From assembly GCA_964106645.2 (NCBI GenBank), contig OZ067052.1: a stretch of DNA of 64,000 nucleotides; one strand, written 5' to 3'. A program made the position numbers and the translations under genes. Below the pieces are notes generated by a model. The model did no database searches. It saw only the letters and a list, made by a program, of their open reading frames with translations, and was not told where the DNA came from. Positions 14,119 to 27,365 of the stretch are shown here, in pieces. The DNA is from Podarcis pityusensis (lineage: Eukaryota). Within the stretch, counting starts at the first letter, position 1. Every line of letters begins with the position of its first letter.

Positions 14119-14792
14119 GTAAAAAAAAAAATCACATCAAACACCTTTCTGTTTATAAACTTCTGCTTTTCTTTTTGACATCTTTCAGTCTAACATGAAA
14201 ATAGCCTGTTGCTTCTTGGGATTATTCTCCTAAATTGTTCTGATCAACAAGTTACGCTTTAAAATGGTAGACCTCATTTCTTGTGTTGCAAAGTAGACTG
14301 TAGTCCACTGACCAAATACTAGCCAATTTTTGATAGGCCACCTAGTGTGTGAGCTATGAGATTGTGACAGACTAAATTTATTAGCCTCTTAGTTTTGATG
14401 GTGTTGAGAGTGTTGCTAATGGTTTTGATGATGTTGCCAATTGAAACTAAATTCCAGCTGTAGACTTATATATGCAGAATCTCAAATAATGGAATTCTGA
14501 TAATACTTCTTGCTGATGTGTCAGTTTAGGGAGCATATTTGAAAGCTTTCAGTTTCTTTCTCTTCAGAATATTAAATATTCTTTTACTAGAGTAGTTAAC
14601 AATCACAGCACCTGCATGAGTGGGTTCTGATGTGTTTGTGGCCCAAAGCAGTCTACTTAGCTTTTATGTGCATAGATGTCCATATATTACCCCCTGGCCC
14701 CCTTTATGACTGCGCTGGCTTCGGGATATGCAAGAACAGTACTGTATTTTATTATAATATGAGTTTGTATCTTATATTTATATTTTTAATAG

Positions 14793-15149
14793 ACAGAGGC
14801 TTCAAGCCAACTATAACCTCGCTGCCAGCAAACAGCAGAGTAGCAGAAGGTGACACAGTCACACTGTCCTGCAATGCCACTGGGTTGCCTCCGCCTGTAA
14901 TCCGTTGGTACAACAGTCATGGGCTGATTACCAGCCATCCTTCACAGGTGCTTTATTCAAAATCACGGAAGTCATCCTCCCAAGCAAGAACTGGCAACTC
15001 CATTTCAGACAGAACCTACTTCATCATGTCTCGCAGTGGATCAAGCTCCTTATATGTTCAGCCTGTTACATCGGAGCATGCTGGGAAATATACCTGTGAA
15101 GCAATTAACGAATATGGGACTGCTCGTTCCGAAGCTTTCCTTACCGTTG
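14793..15149 (+). CDS. CDON: CDON coding exon 7, Ig5
   Basis: taatag|AC..GTT G|gtaagt; DRGFKPTI...LSCNATGLP...[14 protein letters not shown]. Confidence 0.96.
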
Positions 15150-15957
15150 GTAAGTGGCATCCAAGTTGCTGCTCCAATAGCGTGCAGATATTTTGGCTGA
15201 AGTACTGTCAGGATAACTTTTTATTTTACTGGATTTGGACAAATCATACATCTAATGGATGGTCAGGAGCATTTGCCTGTTGCTTCCCATACACATTGTG
15301 CAGCTTATCATGCTTTGTTTCTGGCCAAGCAAACCCATGAATGGAAACCAGGGTTCTTGACTTAACAGTTGTGGTTGGTCTGGTGGAAATAAACGATGAC
15401 TGTTAGTTCATACATAATGCTAAGCCAGGGCTGTGGTTTGTTTCCTCCTGGCATGGAAAACACAGGAGCAGGGAAGGAGCAAAGTAAGGTATGACTCACT
15501 TGTGTGCCGGTGCCCAGTGCTTGTTCACGTTAAATCTGAGTTTTATTTTTATTTTATATTTAATTATGCTTTTGTGTGATGTGCAAACTGGCTCACTGAG
15601 CCACAAGAACGTGTCTTTCATTTTTTTTAGTAAAAATCAAAAGCAAATAAATATTTTGTGTTATATAGGGCAGGGGTAACCAAAATGATGCCCTTCAGGT
15701 GCTGTTGGGTTACAACTTCCATCACCCCTAGCCATTGGCTATTGGCTGGGGCTGATGGCAGTTGTAAACCAATAATATTTGGAATCCATGCATATCTCCA
15801 GGGCTTTTTTTCAGCCACAACTCACCAGAACTCAGTTCAGGCATCTCTCAGGTAGACACCATTGCCCTTATAAGAGATTAAGGGAAGCATTCATGGAGAG
15901 TTCTGGCACCTCTTTTTCTAGCACTGCATATCTCTAACCTTCAACTTCCTTCTGTAG

Positions 15958-16250
15958 ATTCCTATGAAGCTAGTACAAAAGCAGAAGAAATTGCTCCTGT
16001 GGAAATTGCCCAGAGTGATGAAGGAGATGGAGATTATGATTCAGTTACGGGCCTTCAAAGTTCATCTCCAACAGAGATTCTTACTGAAGAAGTCGCTACA
16101 GAAAAAACATCCAGTGGCATTTCTCCACCAGAAGCTCCAATCATTCTCAGTCCTCCACAGACTCTTAAACCAGATCAGTACAATCTGGTATGGCGCCCTG
16201 GAAAAGATGGTGGTCAGCCAATTAATGCCTATTTTGTGAAATATCGCAAG
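15958..16250 (+). CDS. CDON: CDON coding exon 8, linker plus FN3-1 start
   Basis: ctgtag|AT..AAG|gtactt; PEAPIILSPPQTLKPDQYNLVWRPGKDGGQPINAYFVKYRK. Confidence 0.95.
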
Positions 16251-16357
16251 GTACTTATTCAAATTGCATTATATTTGATAAACTTTGCACTTCCTTTTTT
16301 TTGAAAATTGGCTGAGTTGGACTGCCATCATTTTTAGTAATGAACAGGGCTTATGTT

Positions 16358-16360
<3 letters not shown>

Positions 16361-16406
<46 letters not shown>

Positions 16407-16408
16407 CA
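16361..16408. repeat. (CA)n microsatellite
   Basis: Seen directly. Confidence 0.95.
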
Positions 16409-16834
16409 GTACAGAACTCTGGTATTTGATGATAATATTAGGCCAAAGAGAGATATATCCATCTGGATATGTAGGTAGCTATTTAGGAATGCAGAGGTTT
16501 CAGGTTCTTTTGCTACTGGCAACATGAAATAGAGCCTTGGGAGTTTCTAATTTAACCTCCCAATTTAAATACTGCCCAGATGCTCGTGGAGAAAACCCTA
16601 GCAAGATTAGGAAACTCCATGTCCCAGTGCATTCAAGTCTCTGCTCCTAAAGCTTGCTGTAAGCTTTGCAGGAAAAGTCATTAAGAAAACTCTTTCACAT
16701 CAGTTACTTGTTTTCACTTTCTTATAGTGAAATAACTAAGGTATTATGTTTAGACTTGCCTTTCCTGTATTTAACTGCAGCAGATTCAGATAGGGGTTTA
16801 TTTGCTCTTAGCCTCTTGTGATTCCTTTTTGCAG

Positions 16835-17006
16835 TTGGATGATAATCTCAATGTTACCAACTGGAATACAGTTCGTGTCCCTGGAAGCGAAAATGAACTT
16901 TCTCTCTCAGAACTGGAACCTTCCAGTCTCTATGAAGTCTTGATGGTAGCCAGAAATGTGGCCGGTGAAGGCCAGCCTTCCATGCTTACTTTCCGTACTA
17001 GCAAAG
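16835..17006 (+). CDS. CDON: CDON coding exon 9, FN3-1 C-half
   Basis: ttgcag|TTG..AAA G|gtaact; [28 protein letters not shown]. Confidence 0.96.
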
Positions 17007-17795
17007 GTAACTAAGCGTGTACTCAAAATACATTGCAGTTGATGGGCTTTTTTCTAAAGTTCCCATTTGCAGAGACCTATAATACCCATAAAAAAAACAA
17101 AGATAGTGGCTGCAGTCTCATTGGAACTCCATGTCCAGTACTTGCTCTGAACCAGGATTCAGGAATTGAACATAGATCTGCAGTCTGAGTAGAACCCTGA
17201 GATTCTATGAGTGATCTTCCATTCACAGAACAATGTCAGCACTTGCTGATATAAGGGGAGGAAGATGATTTTTGCAAATTTCTCCTCTCCTCTTTAGCAC
17301 CTAGGAAGATTTACTCCGGTAGAGTGGGGGTCCCTTGGGAACAGTATTGAAAGTTGGCTGGCTGGCTGCAGAATGAAGGCAGATTGGCAAAATCACCTTT
17401 CTTGCATTATTGGGAGGCTGTGCTCTTTCATACATAGAAGGGCACTTTAGGATCTCTTCACAATGAGAATACGCTTTCCTTGGGAACTTCCCAAAGTTCC
17501 ATTGAAACAGACTTGCAGATTTGGGCTGTCCTATAGCAAAGGCTAAACTGATGTACCATCAGTAGCATGGCACATTCAGTTTTAGTGGGATTTCTGTAGT
17601 GTAAATATCATTTAGGTTCAATAGTATTGCTGCCTATTTCCATGGGGCAGAAAGCTGTTCTCAAATGGCATAAAAATTGTGTGGGACGTGTGTGATTATA
17701 AACCTTTACTACTTGGTTCAAAACATGCCATAGGAGAGGATATTGACTGACTAGCAAGGTTTCTTCCACTCACTGAGCACATAATTCTCTTTTAG

Positions 17796-17927
17796 AAAGA
17801 ACCTCCTCCTCAAAAAATGCACAGGCTCCCTCTCAACCAGTTGGTATTCCTAAGCACTCTGTCATTCAAGAAGGGGCAACCAACAATTTTGGAGTGGTCC
17901 TTCCAGATTCATCTCGACATAGTGGAG
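17796..17927 (+). CDS. CDON: CDON coding exon 10, FN3-1/FN3-2 linker
   Basis: ttttag|AA..GGA G|gtaggt; [21 protein letters not shown]...[15 protein letters not shown]. Confidence 0.94.
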
Positions 17928-18108
17928 GTAGGTGTTACCATTCAGATTTTTGTCTGTGCATTTTATACTGCAGCGTACATTATGGTTTGGGGTGTGGGTG
18001 GAAACCCTCCTGAATGTTCTCTGGCTGTTCATCTGATTTTCAGGTCATTTATGTGTAAGTGTTCAATTTGTGACTTTTCTGACTGAGCACTAAACTGTTT
18101 GTGGAATT

Positions 18109-18395
18109 GGGAAGGCCCCGTAGCTCATTGCAGAATGCATGCTTTGCATGAAGAGGATCCAAATTCAATCCCTGGCATCTTCAGTTAAAACAAAAATCTG
18201 GTAGCAGATTATGAAAGACTGAGAACCTGGGAAATTGTCACTGCTCAGTGTGGGCAGTACTGGGCTAGATGTTCAATAGTCTGATGTGGTATAAGGCAGC
18301 TTCTACATCGAGTTAAAAATCTTGGGTAGCAGTGCTGGGTAAGACCTCTGCTTTTGGGAGAGTGCTTCCAGTCAGAGTAGATTGCAGTGGGCTAG
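18109..18395 (+). mobile_element. Old tRNA-derived SINE followed by a partial tandem second body
   Basis: gtagctca..ttcaatccctggcatct head; the agttaaaa..ggtagcag..tgggctaga segment occurs twice. Confidence 0.6.
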
Positions 18396-19894
18396 ATTGG
18401 GGTAGAGAACCTCTGGTCTGTGGAGCTTTGCCAAACCACATCCACTTGCCCCAAACCTGACATCATATGTGATGTGAGGTGCCAGGCAGATAGAGATGTG
18501 ACTGAATCCTGCAGCTGGAAAGCAATATCTAATCTGCCAATTAGTCGCCCCCCACCTTGTGGACCAACTTTGACAGAGTATACACATTATAATGTCATCA
18601 GATGATATACATTGGTCCCCCTGATTCATCAGAGTTTGTTCAAGAATGAACTCTCTGTGCATCAGCTGAGGTGTGGGGATTCAGGAACTTGATTCCCAGG
18701 GGGAGCTCTCTGGTGCATCCAAACCTTCTAGAAAGTAGGACTCTTCACTCATTACATGATTTATTTACCCTCATGATTTCCTATATGATTTGTTGTGTAA
18801 TGAAGAGGGTTCCAATGTATAATCAAAATGTTTTATTTGTGTTGGTCTTTGGGTTGCATGTTGAGATGGTAGGATTAATGGAATTTATATTTAGTGAGAG
18901 ATGTCCTACTCATTTACTAAAAAATGAGTCCAATGTATGTTCCACCACTTTTGTCAAGTTGCTAAATTTTACAGAATAATTTAACGTTTCATAGTTAAAT
19001 TGATGTGAAACAACATAGTCAAGTGCCGGCGCTTGCATGTGTTGTCTGTCCTATGTGGTAGAAGATGACAAGCTGGAAAATAGCCTTAAGAATATATAAC
19101 CTTTTCGTGGTTAAACTATGTATCTTCCCCTTCCAAATTATATCCCATTTCTCTATGCTGTACTCTATGTAGTTTAAGTGTATGAACCAATAAAGTAAAG
19201 ACTGAAGGATATGTCTGCCAGAATGGTTATAATCACACTTACTAACACCACCTCTCTCCATTCTTTCTGTTCCCACTGCTGTCTAACTTCAAGTGAGTTC
19301 AGTAAGTATTAATATAATCTGCATGGTTTTGAATGCTAGCTAACTTGTTTCTAAGAGGTTTTAAAGCTTCTTGATACTTATGAAGGCTTTATTCTTATAG
19401 TTACTGTATCTAGGAATTTCAGTTTAGATTGTAGGCTTTCTGTTCTGCAAATGGTGAGGTTTCTGTGCAGTACGTTCATTTCAGTTTGGTACCAAGTAGC
19501 AGTGACACAGCAGATCACCCTGTCTATTTCTGTGGTTGTGAATTAAGCTATGCAATTCTCTTGGTTTCTGATGATGTGCTAATACTTCAGGACTGGTGTG
19601 CGCTGACATAATACAGTGTTCTTGCATAACGTAGACTGTGTACAATAGACTACATTGCCAAATTAGCTTTTTTTTTTCCCCTAAGAAGCTTTAATTATCT
19701 CCATATTTGAAAACTGAAATGATCTTCCATGTTTGCATTTCAGAAAGGATTTTCTGGGCTTAAGACTAATGCACATTTGAGGATGTTCTTTCTCACTTGA
19801 CTGAAACACATTATTAAATAAAATCTGGGTAGAGAAATCAAGTGCTTCTAGCTATTCTAAATCTTTATGAAGCCTTCTCAATTTCCTATTTCAG

Positions 19895-20101
19895 TACCTG
19901 AGGCACCAGATCGACCTACTATTTCCACAGCATCAGAGACTTCTGTTTATGTCACTTGGATCCCACGTGCCAATGGTGGATCACCCATCACTGCCTTTAA
20001 AGTAGAATATAAACGCATGAACAGGAACAGTGAGTGGCTGGTTGCTGCTGATAACATCTCCCCTTCCAAACTTTCAGTGGAAGTTGGCAGTTTGGATCCA
20101 G
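19895..20101 (+). CDS. CDON: CDON coding exon 11, FN3-2 N-half
   Basis: tttcag|TA..CCA G|gtatta; [40 protein letters not shown]. Confidence 0.96.
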
Positions 20102-20603
20102 GTATTAATATGCATTTTTTGTTCAAGAGAGATCACAATCAGTATTATGCGTTTCTGCATTTGCACTGTAGCCAAGTTAAAATCCTGTTAAACTAGAAGA
20201 TGTTGCTTTTAATGTCACCAATGCTATATAAGATTCAGGGGAATTAGCAGTCCTTGTGTCTTAACTATCACAAACTTTTTTAGTCAAGCATCTGAACAGC
20301 AATTTCATAATAAGCATGAGAATAAGTCACTGACCAGCTTTTACTTTCCTAACTTGGTATACAGAGCAGGCATGTGCTCACATCTTGCCATATCTTTTCT
20401 GGTGGAAAATAACATCTCATCCAGTATTTGGCTAGATTGGATCTTTCTATCAGGAAGGGATGTCCAGCATAGTAAGTGAGAAAAATAGTATAAGATAACC
20501 TTACAACAAGGGTCATTTGGATCTTTCTGTTCTATGTTTCTAGAATGCTGGGTTTTATCTTTTCATCTAATGTTCAGTTCTCTCTCTTTTTGCCATATGA
20601 AAG

Positions 20604-20785
20604 GAGCTGCATATAAGTTTCGTGTGATTGCTATTAATAACTACGGGGAGAGCCCACGAAGTTCTGCCTCTCGGCCTTATCAGGTAGCTGGCTTTACCAA
20701 TCGGTTTTCCAACCGACCCGTCACAGGACCACACATTGCTTACACTGAGGCGGTCAGCGACACTCAGATCATGTTAAAGTGGACT
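20604..20785 (+). CDS. CDON: CDON coding exon 12, FN3-2 end and FN3-3 start
   Basis: tgaaag|GA..ACT|gtaagt; [14 protein letters not shown]...[20 protein letters not shown]. Confidence 0.95.
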
Positions 20786-20999
20786 GTAAGTATCAATTTA
20801 TGTGCACCATGAAAAAAATTGATTTTGCTTGCATCTCACGTTAGATCAAATGTCTGTTCTGTAAAGCAACAAATCAGTGGATTATACTAAACTGACCTTT
20901 TGGGAACCAAAAGCTGTGTATGAAAAGCAGTGAGCACTTGAAATGCACAGTATAAATGCTGAGTATGTGCAGTCAGTATTAGCAACCAGTATTGCACTC

Positions 21000-22125
21000 A
21001 GGAAAATGCCTTGGTGAACATGTACTTTTAAAAACTTGCATCAAAACATAATATAGATAGTGCCTACTGTAGCTCTGTAGGGAGGCTGTTCCACATAGTA
21101 GGTGCTACCGTCACAACAGCCCTTTTCCTGGTGGTCTGGAGGCTGGAAGGATGCATAAGAGAGCTCATCTCATTGCATGGACAAGCCTATATGGGAGGAA
21201 GCATTCCTTTGTGTAACCCGGTTCCAAGTTGTTTAAGGTTTTATAAATTGCAGTAGACCCTTAAACTTTGTTTAATAGCAAACTGAAAGCCAGTGCAGTT
21301 TCTTCAAGTGGGATGTTACATGCCCACAGTATGGTGCTCCACTGAGCAACCAAGTTACCACATTGTACACCAGCTGCAACTTTCGAAACAGTCTTCAGAG
21401 CAGCCCCACATTGAATACATTATATTACTGCAATTTCAAAATTTCCAAGGCATGGGTCACTGGCTTAGGTTGTGCCTTTCTAAGAACAGTCATAGCTGAC
21501 ATACCAGCCAGAGCTATAAAAAGGCATTCATAGCCATGGAGCCTACTTGAGTCGCCAGTGACAGTGATAGATTCAGGTATAACCCAGACTAGATACCTAT
21601 TCCTTTAGACAAAAGCAGCCCCATCCCGAACATGCAACTCTCCTGTTTCCCAGAACCAGGAACCGCTTACCCACAGGGCCTCAGCTTTAGTTTATTGATC
21701 CTCATCCAGCCCACTACTGCATCCAGGCATTGATCCAGGACCTAAACAGTTACACCTGATTCAGATATTACAGAGAACTGGAGCACAGTATCACCATCAT
21801 ACTGAGGACGCAGTGTGCCAGATAGCCTAATGACCTCTCCCAACAGCTTCATGCATTGATGTTAAATACCAGATGCTAGGGGCCTGAGGAACAGTTATCC
21901 AGTGCCACTCACTGAATTTGACTCCACAGGTAGAACAAAACAGTGCATCCCACACCCAAGTCATGGTGTCAATTTAGGCTGATACCATATAGCTGATAAT
22001 ATCAAAGGGTTGTGTAAAGGCAACAGGGTCACATTACTCCTGCCCTTCTCCTGATAAAGGTCATCCCTCAAGGTGACCAAAGCTAATTTGGTCTGAACCC
22101 AGAATGGAATGGTTCCAGATTATAA
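21000..22125 (-). mobile_element. Degenerate L2 LINE ORF2 fragment (~1.1 kb)
   Basis: Similar to the 11434 copy (gggaggctgttccaca..ggtgctacc) and extends into RT-like sequence; many stops; boundaries approximate. Confidence 0.7.
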
Positions 22126-22334
22126 AAACCTTTAAACAATAATGAGAGTATAGCTTTAGCTAAAATTCTAGAACTGTATTCACAAAATACTTCTCACTGT
22201 TTTAAAGCCCACTTTTGTTCCGATTTCTCTTCCCACATTACATTAACATTGTCTTTCAGCCCCCGCCCCAGGAAAATATATCCCTTGTTGACTGTGGTTC
22301 TGGAATTTTAGTTGTTTTAATATCTCTTTTCCAG

Positions 22335-22440
22335 TATATCACTTCAAGCAACAACAACACACCCATCCAAGGATTTTATATTTATTACCGGCCAACAGAT
22401 AGTGACAATGATAGTGATTACAAGAGGGATGTTGTGGAAG
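22335..22440 (+). CDS. CDON: CDON coding exon 13, FN3-3
   Basis: ttccag|TAT..GAA G|gtaaga; [30 protein letters not shown]. Confidence 0.96.
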
Positions 22441-25400
22441 GTAAGATACATTACTCTGATTATGCAAGGAATTGCTCCAGTTACAGTACTTCTTATTCCC
22501 CACTCCAAAGCATCAACCCAAATGCTGTTCTAATGTAAAGAAAACATAACAAAGACATCAAAAAAAGACATCACAGAAATAGACAACTCTCTACTATAGA
22601 CTAAGGGACTGTGCTCTTTGTGACATTTAAGAAAGCCAAAGTGTAATGTGGGGGGGGGGGTGAGAACCCTTTCTGATTCTTGTGAACTAGAGTTGAGGCA
22701 CTAGAATAAACATGTTTTCATTAAGTGTCTTGTACCAGATGGTCAGTAGCTTCTCTGCTAGAGGAACTTTCACTAGTACACTCCAGAATTGCATTTGCCT
22801 CTGTTGCAGCCACACCAAACTAATGGTTAATAGTTGTTTGTAACAAATATCTCTTCCTCCCTGTGTCACTATCTGCCAGATCTTGAACCCTTGTCACAGA
22901 AATTGCAGTGGGGACTATATTTGTGGAGTATTAGTTCTCATAATAAATTTCGCACTTGATCCATAAATCTCATTATGGTCTAACAGGATTGTGTGGAAGC
23001 TGTTCATGTGAATGAAAGATCCTTCACTTTTTGAATTCAGTGTCCCATTACTATAAAGATGCCATGTTGTTAACTTTTAGGTTACAAATTTGAGATAAGC
23101 TGCAAAATTTTCTATACTGCAATTGTTCTTTTATTTAATTCAAGTTAATAAATGTGCTTGAAGCTGGAAAAGAACTGGCTTCTCAGATTTAGTCTCATAA
23201 CACTAATATATAAGCAACTGATTTTATTGGATGGATTTTGGTCCATTTGTAGGTCTTAATTTTTATGAGCTGTAGAGTGGGAAAGTATATAAACCAATTA
23301 CATTCGTTAACGCAGGAACAGGCATTTGGTTGAGCACTGACAACTACAGAATTCTCCTGATAACACCTGTTAGTGCATCTATGAGCTCTTAAAATTATTT
23401 TATGTAAGATTAAACCTGTTCTCACAATTGCATAGAATGGCTATGGCTGCCACAAGTTGCCATGCTTGAATCTATTATTATATTAATATTGCTCTACAAT
23501 GCTACAGGGCTGCTAAACACCTATGTAATGAGTGTAGTTAACTGAGAGGTTAAGCTATTACCTTGGAAGAAGTTCAGTGTTTCACTTGTAGCCTTTCTGG
23601 TAGACAGAATTTGTGTTTATAAATGTTTAAGTGAGCTCCGCTGTGCTGTGAAATTTGCTTGTTCCTGATTTTCAGGTTTATGCATTCTGAAATCTTAATG
23701 GAAGCCTGAAACCACTAGCAGCTGCTCTGCTGTGCCAAAGCTTGAACAGAAATTTGCACAGTGGTAGAAATGTTATACATCAAACTCTTCTTTACTACAT
23801 TATATAGCCACAACTACTTATTGATTTAAATATTCAAATTAGCCTTAGTTATGTAGGAAAATATAGAGAGGGGAATCTCTTGTGCATGCATTTTGGATCA
23901 CTGCAGCTGCATTGTATTTTTCTTTTTCTTTTTTTGTACCTTTCATAAGTAAATTTCAACACAGGATTTTCAATTCCAAACAGTAGTAAAGTTTTTGCAA
24001 TGGTTGTGACTTCATTAGTAGCCCGAGGTTTCATTTCATGATCAGTCTTGTCTTTCTGAGATTGTCTCAAAACTTTGATGCCTTTTCTGTATATGTTGCC
24101 ACGTGCTAGCTTGATTTTATTTTTAAAGTTCCTGATGTTTGCATTTGGTTCTTCATTATGTAGTCAGTAGTTTTTGTCTTTCTGCTTGTTCAACAAAAGC
24201 ACCACCAAATCTTCTGTTGTCTCCTGTGCTGAAATTTTGCATTCCATACTTGGTTCATGGAAATAGTGTCAAAAACTCAAGGTGAATTCAGATAACAGTT
24301 GCTTACATTTTCCTTGCTTCAATATATGGGAACAGAGTTAAAATATTTGTACTGATTCCAATTCTAGTAAACGTTTGAAGGGAAAATCTAAAGCCTGATG
24401 TAATTACTAAAAGGATGCTTGAGGTGTAATGAGAAGATGGAGCTTAGAAAGATTTGAAAAACTGAGTTCCTGGGGAAAAGCTAGTCTGCTGCTTCAGCCT
24501 GTATTCATTTTTGAGGATATAAGCTGCAAACATAAATGAACTATGATTTGTTTGAAACAGTCACCTCTAAGGCTCTTCAGCAAAGCAGTTAAACACACAG
24601 ACTTTCAGATATTGGCAGGCTATATTGTACAACAGTGCTATTCTCTTGTCGGTTCAGTCTTTCAGTAGGGACAATAGTTGTATATGCATGTGATTCACAC
24701 CTGGAGTGTGATTTTGAGGGGAAGCAGAATTACACTGGCTGGCTCAAGCTCTATGCATTGAAGCAAAGGTGAAAATTAGGTGTCTGTGCGTGTACATGTC
24801 TGGAGCCTTCCATGCAGTTGAGATCCGTGATTGATCAATGTTTCAGGTTGTGCCGAAGCATCTGTGCACATAAAGGCCCATTTTCACCTTTGTCGGACTG
24901 TATGTGGAGATCAGGGGAAGCACCAACTGAAACGATCCTGCTTTACTTCCACCTTTCTAAGTGGAGCAAAGAAGAGCATTGGGTTATTGTGTAAATAGCA
25001 CCCCTACTTGGGTGCTGTTGAAATACAGTAGCGTCTTGATACTATTCTTCCCTGTGAAGGCTGTAGCTTATAGATCTGTCTGTGTTCTAGGTGGAAGTAG
25101 TCCCAGCAGAAACAGACCACGATGTCGACATTTAAGAAGCATTAGGCATATCTAAACCATCTTAATTATAATATAGTGGGTTCCTCTTTATTAAAACTTG
25201 TCATAAGGGTGAGCATACAGACTGAAAGTGATTTATGAGTATGGAGAAAACACCAGGTGGTGTCTAAACGAAAAATTGACTTTCAGCCAGACACAGTAAA
25301 ATCATTCTCTTAAATGAACTTGTTTGGATTAGAATTTCCAATGCTGAATATCAAAGGCCTTTTTACCTCATATGTTTTCATAGTACATAAAAATTGTCTG

Positions 25401-25550
25401 CAGCTTGTGCTAGTCATGCTGTTAGTAAACTACTTACGCTTTCCTCAGGTTCTCTGGAGTATGTTCTTAGACTTAAGTATAGAATTGAGTGGCTTCAAGT
25501 CTTTTTGTGATGTCTACACTTTTCTGCCTTTAAAAAGATACACGCACCCT

Positions 25551-26336
25551 AAGGTGGCTAGCAGAACGTTACTCCTTTTATCATATGATTTGTTGTATCA
25601 ACAGAAGACCTACAGACAAAAGTACAGTTTCTCTTTCTACCAGGCTCCTATCACATGCTTTATTTTTTAAAAAGTCAAGTCTTAATAGCATGGTGGAAAG
25701 TGCTGTGGGAAAACCCCACCTTGCACAGCTGAGTCCTTTACTCACTATCAAAATGACAAGCGACACTCAATAATTCTCTAAAAGCAAATTTAATTTCTTA
25801 CTTGAGCAGGAAAGGTAACATCAAGCGATTAGAAAAGTGATCAGAGGCTGAACCCTTATCTGTTTGCACACAGTTTTTATACTTATAGGTTAGACATGCA
25901 AGACTCCCAGTAATACAATCTTGCGTGTGATAGCGCCAGCTTAACTGCATAGACAGATGCTTCAACATTTCAGCTAGCTAGGCATTTTTCTGTTTATTCC
26001 ATTTAAATGTCATGGCCTAGCATGCTCCTAAAACTTCCCTTTACACACCCTCTTGTGGTTTGCTTTTTCACTGTTCCTCGCTTAAGCTTGCATTTCAGCA
26101 TGATTACAATGAGAATACATGATTATGGTGTCAGCCTGCAACAAGATGGTGTTAGTCTTGCTTAAGCTATAACAAAGGTGGAGGTGGTTCATGTTACTCT
26201 TTGTATCTTATTGTGATTAGTTGTATCAACAGCAAGACCTACAGTCAAAAGTACAGTGTCTCTTTCTACCAGGCTCCTATTGCATTCTTTATTTTTATTT
26301 ATTTTTTAAGTCAGATCTTAATAGCATGGTGGAAGG
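25551..26336 (+). repeat. Diverged direct repeats 25551-25700 and 26175-26336 flanking the LTR
   Basis: Shared aaggtgg..gttactc..ttgtatcaacag..gacctacag..aaaagtacagt..ctctttctaccaggctcctat..tcttaatagcatggtggaa. Confidence 0.92.
25701..26174 (-). mobile_element. Solo LTR (ERV-like), antisense to CDON
   Basis: TG...CA termini (- strand starts tgttatagcttaagcaagactaacaccatcttg); TATAAAAA at 25881-25874 then ATTAAA at 25794-25789 on the - strand, in U3-R-U5 order. Confidence 0.7.
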
Positions 26337-26801
26337 TCATCAACAATGGGGCTAGATGAGTCTCTATAGGAAAGACATTCTATGATCATAGCATGTTGTG
26401 ATCCATGGCTGTCCATGCACACTGCTTTGTATTGGCCAAATTCCAAAGTTTAAAACAACCACTTTCTGCCAAATATTTCTTATTGCAGTTTTATTTACAT
26501 GTCTGATTCAGACTTTGCCCTTAGGGTTTTATGTTAAATAGATGCTACATTCCATCTTTGAGACGAACATGTTCAGGAAGGTTGTAGACATTTTATTAGT
26601 AGTAAATTACATTCTTATATGCATATTTGTGTATGTAAGACTGATTTTGGCCTGCTATCCTAGCTCTTAATTGCAATGGGTCATTTATTTTTTACCTGTT
26701 GTCCTCAAATTGTAAGGACAGTTCCTACATTTTTTAGCTCGGTTTATATTTTCCAAATTGTGAAACAAACATGCTACATGTCTGTATGTTTTTCTTTCTA
26801 G

Positions 26802-26924
26802 GCACAAAGCAATGGCACTTGATAAGTCACCTGCAACCTGAAACATCTTATGATATTAAAATGCAGTGCTACAATGAAGGAGGTGAAAGTGACTACAGCA
26901 ATGTGATGATCTGTGAGACCAAAG
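26802..26924 (+). CDS. CDON: CDON coding exon 14, FN3-3 C-half (Hedgehog-binding domain)
   Basis: ttctag|GC..AAA G|gtgagc; [32 protein letters not shown]. Confidence 0.96.
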
Positions 26925-27000
26925 GTGAGCAGGAGCTGTTATTTTTCTTCTGTCACTAAACCAATGGCCATATATTTGCTGTTCCCTAATCTTCATACTT

Positions 27001-27365
27001 GGAACGCGGGTGGCACTGTGGTCCAAACCACAGAGCCTAGGGCTTGCTGATCAGAAGGTCAGCAGTTCGAATCCCTGCAATGGGGTAAGCTCCCATTGTT
27101 CGGTTTCAGCTCCCCCCCACCTAGCAGTTCGAAAGCACATCAATGTGCAAGTAGATAAATAGGTACCGCTCCGGCAGGAAGGTAAATGGCGTTTCCATGC
27201 GCTGCTCTGGTGTGCCAGAAGCAGCTTAGTCATGCTGGCCACATGACCCGGAAGCTGTCTGCGGACAAACGCCAGCTCCCTCGGCCTATAGAGCGAGATG
27301 AGCGCGCAACCCCAGAGTTGTCCGCGACTGGACCTAACGGTCAGGGGTACCTTTACCTTTACCTT
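27001..27365 (+). mobile_element. Sauria SINE, full length
   Basis: (ACCTTT)n tail; 14-bp TSD taatcttcatactt at 26987-27000 and 27366-27379. Confidence 0.93.
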
